Shown here in pieces: positions 46,425 through 51,622 of a stretch of DNA of 51,622 nt. Below the pieces are notes generated by a model. That model searched no databases and had not been told where the DNA came from. It worked only from the letters and a program-made list of their open reading frames with translations. The stretch lies in assembly GCA_904063045.1 (NCBI GenBank), contig CAJFCJ010000064.1, positions 166,036 through 217,657 on the forward strand. The letters are read 5' to 3'. Both the position numbers and the translations under genes were made by a program. Origin of the DNA: Dimorphilus gyrociliatus (lineage: Eukaryota; Animalia; Annelida). Position 1 is the stretch's first letter. Each line of letters starts with the position of its first letter.

Positions 46425-46784
46425 ATGAGACAGTCAGTTGAGAATCACAGTGATGAGGAGATTCACAGCAACCAGCAATTGAAGAGAAAGATTGTTGAAG
46501 ATGTGGAAATAAAAGAAATAAAGAGAATAAAAAAAGATACAGTTGAAAAGATAGAAAAGAGAAAGGAAGAAACAGTCCCAATAAAAAATAGAAAGCAATG
46601 CCATTTCTGTGAAAAGAGACTAAAAATTCTTTCTGATATCTCTTGTAGATGCAGCCACATTTTCTGTGCAAATCACTGTTTTCACAACCAGCACAACTGT
46701 CAATTCAATTATAGAAAAGAAGCACTCAAGAGACTCCGAGAAATGAATCCTAAGATTGTAAATGATAAAATAAAAAGAATGTAA
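46425..46784 (+). CDS. Intronless AN1-type zinc-finger protein
   Basis: CHFC...CRC..IFCANH...HNC.FNY and C-terminal NPKIV..KI typical of AN1/ZFAND proteins. CCCCC immediately before ATG. Confidence 0.85.
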   Translation: MRQSVENHSDEEIHSNQQLKRKIVEDVEIKEIKRIKKDTVEKIEKRKEETVPIKNRKQCHFCEKRLKILSDISCRCSHIFCANHCFHNQHNCQFNYRKEALKRLREMNPKIVNDKIKRM

Positions 46785-47104
46785 ATTTCTTTTATACACA
46801 ATTACTTTTTATAAAATTTTAAACATTTATTTTTAATATGCACATTTTTTTATTTTTTAGAATAAAATTCTACACAACATTAAAAATGCTATTTTTTGAT
46901 AAAAAGCAATCAAATTTTTGAGATAAAAAAGTTGACATTTTACAATGGTTTATGAGAGTATTAAAAAATGATCGCATTTGAATTAAAATACAATTAGTTT
47001 TTAAAATTTTTTTTCTTTGTTTTTATTTTATTTATGCAGTAAATTGTGCAATTTTCCAAAAAAGTAAAAATATTTTAGAAAGAGTGTTTAAAATAAATTA
47101 GTCT

Positions 47105-47658
47105 TTAATTTAGTTTTTTAAATTCTTGGTCTTCATAAACACAAAGTGGTGTGATTTTAAGATGGTCATCATCCATTTGGAACAATTTGATTATTTTTCT
47201 GTGTTCTATATTGTCAAGGGGAAAGTCCTGATCAATGAGCAGCTGTCCAGCCTCTTCACCACTGGCAGCAGTCCAAGATTCTTTTTTAAGTTTGTAGAGA
47301 CAGGAACATTGTGCTTCATTATGACACCCTTAAAAAGAATCTTTTCTGTTTTTTCTTTATTAAGTGCCACCAAAGAATCAATTATTGCAGGTGTTTGCTC
47401 ATTTGTAAAAACTAAAAAAGTGTTATTTTTAAGATTATTGAGAAACTCAATATTTCTGTCTTTCATAACCTTTTTTATTATATTTTTCTTTCCAAATATC
47501 AGTTTGGAATTGCTTTTTATAATTTTTCTCAGTTTATGAAGGTTTTTTGTATGTAGAGGTGCCATTTCAAAAATTATAATATTTTAGTAGGTTGATTCTA
47601 CTTCTTTAATTTGTAAAAGATGCTGTTTGTTCTTTTCTCTTTTACTAATGATTGCCAT
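47105..47658 (-). pseudogene. Intronless Mrt4/ribosomal protein P0 (uL10)-like gene with two frameshifts
   Basis: Three frames join to MAIISKREKNKQHLLQIKE...LHKLRK...LIFGKKNIIKKVM...FLVFTNE...NLGLLPV...IIKLF...LKITPLCVYE*. It lacks the acidic P0 tail, favouring Mrt4. Confidence 0.65.
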
Positions 47659-48421
47659 TTTAATTGTAAGAGGGGCGATGGTTTTTTGTAAAAATTAGAA
47701 AATTAAAAAAATTGAATTATTGAAGAAAATTAATAAGAAAAATATTTGTAATTCTTAATTTTAATCATTAAGAGTGTTCAATCTAAAAATATTCAAAACA
47801 ATTTCAAATTCACAATTTTTAATTCGAATAATGAACAATTTTAAAATCTTTATTTGATAAAAGAACAATTCTAATTTTATTTTTATAATTTTAAAAGTAT
47901 AACAGTTTAATTTAAATAATATTTAATTATAACACCTTAATAAACTAATTGTATAATTCCTAATTTATAGTAGCAATAGAACCAAAATATTGTGATGAAA
48001 AATAGAAAGGTGGACAGAATAGCGAGTTTTGTGACGCAACTGAGTGACTTTTTCTTTGCCAGGTAATATTCAGCCTACTTATTTCTCTCTTTATTATCAA
48101 ATTTATAAGATTTATCTTTCTTCATTTGATTCAAATCATTTTTGATTTTCTTTAACATTAAAAGAGAAGATTCTAAAATTTTTTTGTTGCTTTGTTTCTT
48201 TGACATTAAATTCATCTCGATTTCTCTTCTTATATTTTAAAATAAAAGGAGACAAAAAGGAGCAAATTTTTTATCAACATTTCTATTTGTAGAAATTCTG
48301 ATCTGTTTTTAGAAAGTTTATGAAAGTATCACAAGGTGAAAGATAAATCAATTAGAATGACATGTCATTTTTAGAAAGAAAAATCTTTTTTAGGATAGAA
48401 TGTGATTTATTTATAAAACAA

Positions 48422-50150
48422 CTAAAAGAGGAATTTGCTATAACAAATGATGCTTGCACAGTTGAGGTATCACAGTCTCAGAGTCTTTAGCGAATCTTTG
48501 ATGGCTTTATGGTAGTTTTGATTCTTATTATAATGTTTGATAAAACTGAGCCCAAAATTGTCAATATCATGGTCCATTACATCCCACAGACAGCCCAGAA
48601 CTGTTTCTGTGGTGCCTTTAAGCAACGAATGGGTGTATCTGATTCTCTGAAAACTGTTTCTTTTAATTATTTTCACTGATGAACAGCCAAAAAGTAGAAA
48701 ATGATTAGTTTTAGCGTCTTTCAGAAATAAATTGCCTGTTCCTTGTCCAAAATATGCTGCTATTGTTGGTTTTTCCTTTTCTTGTTCTATTTTGCTTATA
48801 TCTAAGAAGTTTTGTATCTTCTGTTCCATTTTATTGACATTTTCACCTGTTATAATATTAAATTTGATATTTTCTGTAATATCAGTGCTTTTTTTGTCCA
48901 TAATGAATTCTGTGCATGGCAATCTCATTATATATTTGCTTTCCAGAGAATGTGTATGTTTGAATGGAAAACTTATCAGGTCTTCATCTTGGCATATCAG
49001 AAAAGAATCTGGAAAATTGTAACTGATTGTGAAATTGAGAATATTTTTTAATTCAGTGTTGAGTTTATAATGATCCAGCCACCATCTCTTTGTTTCTTTT
49101 TTATCTGTCACTTTTCTTAGAATTGTATTTCTTGATTTAAGGAGAACTAAATTGAGTTCTTTTATAAGAAAATCAATATTGATACTGTTTTTATAGTTTT
49201 ATTTTTAGAAAGATCATAGATTTTTGAAATCACGAAATGGCTCTTTTGCTGATCTAAACACTAACTGTTGGTCAAAAAGATTTTTTTGCCAATCTTTGTT
49301 GCAAATATTAACTATTTGTGGTGAAGGTCCTGCTATATCTGCTAATCTTAGAATTAGAGAGTATATTTTGTGCAGATTGCTATAATGCAGATCACATTGT
49401 GCATTATTTATTTCATTTTTCATGTATCTCTCCAATCTGTGAAAATCTCCACCATTAATCAGACTTAAAATATTTCCAGTCTGTTTGACATTCAAAATAT
49501 TGTAATTTATACCAGAGATGGTGTAATTTATATTGGAAACATTATGACTTATATCAGAATTAGACAAAATATCACAATTATTCTCAGTATTTTCATGATT
49601 TCTGACATCTATATCTCTTAAAGATATTTTAAAATCCAAGTATCACAATTATTTTTATGATTTCTAACATTTATATCATTTAAAGGTTCTTTACTTTCCA
49701 ATATACAATTTTTTATCAGCTTATAGGACATTTCTTGTAAAAATCTTTGTCATTTAAATATGAGGTTTAATTGCAATATATTTAACTCTTTTTTGTAGAA
49801 TTTTTATTTTACCAGTATTTTTTTCTATTTCTTTCTAAATATGTTTGTTTCTTCTAAAAGCTGCAAAATCCTATTTTTATCTACTTTTTCTTCATTTTCA
49901 ATTTAACAATCTGAAATGTAAGATCATTTTATGTTTGAACTAAAATCTATCTTTTTCAATCTTTCAAATATTTCTATTCTCAGTTCATTATTAGCACATT
50001 CCCACAAACCAAGCAACATTTTACAGTTATCCTTCAGATTCTTGCAATCTTGGTATGCTGTGCTATATTTTCATTAAAATTTGGACTGCATTTCAGTAGC
50101 TTGAGCATGTGCTGATTCGTTCTTTTATTTTCATCTTCTATCAAAGGAAT
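48422..50150 (-). pseudogene. ESP1: Separase (peptidase C50), intronless and degraded
   Basis: KRWW, YFGQG (HG motif position), LLFGCSS, VLGCLWDVMDHDID, RL*YLNCA. In-frame TGA at 48470-48472 with conserved tail to TAG at 48422. Multiple upstream frameshifts/stops; 5' boundary approximate. Confidence 0.8.
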
Positions 50151-50296
50151 GTGTTAACTTTAAATGGATATGACTATTTTAATATAACGTATAGATAAAG
50201 CTCTTTATAAATAAATGTTACAATTTTAAATTAGTTTGGATATTCAAATACACTGCTGGAATATATATGGATAAAAAAAACCTTCTTCAATTGCTG

Positions 50297-51460
50297 AAAT
50301 GGAAAACCTCAGCCAAGGTATTTTTATCATTTTTGTTGTTCTTTGTCTAATCACAGTAATTTAAAAGTTGACTCTTTGAATAGACATAGGAAAAGCTATT
50401 TTTCAGAAAATTTAACAGCTGTTAATTTATCTGTTATTTTGACTGAACTGGATTTACCATCATTTTCTCTGACATAGCTCTTTGATTATCTTTTGGAAGA
50501 GTTAACTTTTGAATTCCTGTGATTAAACAAAGAACTTTAAATGAACAATATTGATATTTGAGAGCTTGTTTAATTACTCTCAGTAACTGATAATTGTATG
50601 CGTTTTTTTTCCCAATATAAGCTAATGCACTGGGTATTACAGTTAACTGACAAAACAAGTCCATCAGTTGGACAAGGAAAAGATAAAATGATAATATTAT
50701 TCTATTGAAATTTATGATTTTTAGGGATTCATTGTGTTAAAATTTTTTAATTTTTGATATTTCTTAGTTCATTTGACTACTTTTCTCTCCATCAACTGTT
50801 GTTTTTTATTAACCAAAATAAGCCTTTAGACTTTATTCCCCATACTTGACTGAGAAGTGATCAATCAAACACTCAAATATCAGAATTAAACTATTTTATA
50901 CTTTGTCAAAAGTTAATTTTTAATTGTTAAAAATGAATTTTCTGACAATTATAAGTTGTACAATTGCTGAAAAACAAAAATTCAGCACAGAATCTTTTTA
51001 CATTTTGCATTTCTTTGTTCAAAGTAATTTAAAAGTTAAAATTTTCAAATGTTGCAATTTGTAATCTCAATATTATGATTTGTTCAGTGTAGTATATATT
51101 TGAATTGCTATGGAGCTAATTAAAAAAATATTGCTTAAACTTATTGTTGTGAGCATTTCCTGTTCATATAGATAACTAAATGCTGTGTACTTCTTAAAGA
51201 AAATATATTAAAATATAATCAAAAGAATTGAGGAGTAATTGTTGAAAAGACAGTCTGAAAAGTTGTTCTGAGAAAAACATATGTAAAATGCAGTTCAGTT
51301 GGAGAATAGCTGTTTGAATTGTCATATATTCTATGACTACATGAGTTTTTCTCATAGATAGCTTTTCCACTGTCTATTCAAACAGATAACTTTGAATTAC
51401 TGTGATTAGACAAAGAAAAACAAAAATGATAAAAATATTCTTGGCTCACTTTTTCCATTT
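50297..51460. repeat. Three related ~100-bp segments (two direct, one inverted), possibly degraded LRR-coding repeats
   Basis: ctttgtctaatcacagtaatt (50341-50361) is the exact reverse complement of 51395-51415 within a longer imperfect match; a related unit sits at about 50960-51035. Minus-strand fragments LQHLKILT, IQKLTL. Confidence 0.5.
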
Positions 51461-51622
51461 TAACAATTAAACAACGTTTAATGTCATCTATATACACTCT
51501 ATTCAAACTGACTAGAATAGACTGCCTACTGATGAAATTTTTCACTCAGAGCCAGAGAAAAATGAAAGTGAAAAAATATTCTATGTGAATTTTTAAATGA
51601 ATTTAACATTTAAATTTAATTC

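Noticed and set aside
47206-47565. Functional 60S acidic ribosomal protein P0 as given by the 119-aa ORF
   Set aside because: The ORF is only the middle frame of a frameshifted gene; the joined product lacks the P0 acidic tail and fits Mrt4 better.
48470-48472. TGA recoding (alternative genetic code or selenocysteine) in separase
   Set aside because: The aligned position is normally K/R, Trp is encoded by TGG in the same ORF, and many other frameshifts/stops point to decay.

Overview
Very AT-rich eukaryotic (animal, probably spiralian) genomic window with short GT-AG introns (51-61 bp where I could delimit them) and scattered TTAGGG motifs. Host-type genes: a 5'-partial LDLa-LRR-7TM (GRL101-like) receptor with SRCR/C-lectin-like N-terminal modules, a fucolectin (FTP/F5-8C) exon, a small signal-peptide+PAN gene, a disrupted SRCR/C-lectin mosaic gene, and GPCR/kinase-like fragments. 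Most of the window is nested transposons: mariner and Tc1 remnants, several Mutator (MULE) elements with 9-bp TSDs and 16-bp tandem arrays in their TIRs, three LTR families ending TGT(A/G)C...GTACA, and a Ty3/gypsy family. Highlights: (1) the gypsy integrase runs in frame into a ~790-aa class III (VSV-G/herpes gB-like) envelope protein, and this junction appears three times; (2) the gypsy PR-RT spacer holds tandem 21-aa repeats resembling phospho-SUMO-interacting motifs; (3) a Pack-MULE-like element carries a gypsy fragment and a host-like exon; (4) from about 46.4 kb there is an intronless, gene-dense, decaying cluster (AN1 zinc finger, Mrt4/P0-like, separase) with CCC motifs before the start codons, which looks like microsporidian DNA embedded in an animal contig. 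All homology calls are by-eye motif recognition; no searches were run, and some frameshifts lie in homopolymers and may be assembly errors.
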